Positions 34,305 to 34,540 of a DNA stretch of 34,540 nt are shown here, one piece after another (position 1 is the first letter of the stretch; every line of letters begins with the position of its first letter). The stretch is from a virus (taxonomy: Duplodnaviria > Caudoviricetes): IMG/VR virus record IMGVR_UViG_3300005612_000017, positions 1 to 34,540 of that record. One strand, written 5' to 3'. Both the position numbers and the translations under genes were made by a program. Below the pieces are notes generated by a model that had not been told where the DNA came from, did no database searches, and saw nothing but the letters and a program-made list of their open reading frames with translations.

Positions 34305-34540
34305 TTGACGCCTCATGTGGTAGGTCGGCGCTGCCGTAGCCGCTGCCGCTGCCGTAGCCTCTGCCGCTGCCGTTGCCGCTGCCGTTGCCGATGCCGTAGC
34401 CGTAGCCGTAGCCGCTGCCGTAGCCGTCGCCATCGTAGCCGCCGCTGCCGTCGCCGCTGCCGTAGCCGCTGCCATCGTAGCCGCCGCTGCCGCCGTAGCC
34501 GTAGCTGCCGCTGCCGGCGCTGCCGCCGCTGCCGTAGCCG
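34297..34540 (-). CDS. Gly-X (GYGSGDG) repeat protein, C-terminal part (truncated by window edge)
   Basis: GGC alternating with TAC/AGC/GAC/AAC, ending GYGSADLPHEASNE*. Confidence 0.7.
   Translation of the reverse strand, partial: GYGSGGSAGSGSYGYGGSGGYDGSGYGSGDGSGGYDGDGYGSGYGYGYGIGNGSGNGSGRGYGSGSGYGSADLPHEASNE

Noticed and set aside
34305-34475. Ala/Thr-rich N-terminus of ORF 34059..34475
   Set aside because: Off-frame reading of the Gly-X repeat; ATG 34304 has its own RBS.
1-34540. Integrase, repressor, tRNA or att sites
   Set aside because: None recognised in the window, so a temperate lifestyle cannot be established from this sequence.

Overview
Most of a podovirus-like tailed phage or prophage genome, about 58-60% GC by eye, cut at both ends. 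The host is probably proteobacterial (inference). The + strand (1-28986) carries a replication initiator end, a DnaB/gp4-like helicase, an MT-A70 methyltransferase, SSB, an endonuclease and a second methyltransferase. It continues with TerS/TerL, a P22-like portal, scaffold, major capsid, a large Ig/FG-GAP fibre, a lysis region, adaptor/nozzle/tail proteins and ejection proteins. The - strand (29039-34540) carries early genes: a RecE-like exonuclease, an HNH-AP2 endonuclease, Bet, Lar and an anti-CRISPR operon. Highlights: (1) an acr operon (AcrIF18-like, an unknown 89-aa protein, AcrIF9-like, then a candidate Aca) behind a near-consensus promoter with a 14-bp palindrome, where the genes carry repeated copies of a leader that begins at the predicted transcription start; (2) a RebB/R-body-like gene preceded by a strong RNA pseudoknot; (3) a 49-aa stand-alone NrdD glycyl-radical domain, missing from the ORF track, overlapping the endolysin start; (4) a putative virion-delivered ADP-ribosyltransferase; (5) an MT-A70 cassette flanked by a duplicated helicase 3' end. 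All family calls come from motif recognition and recalled sequences; no database search was run.
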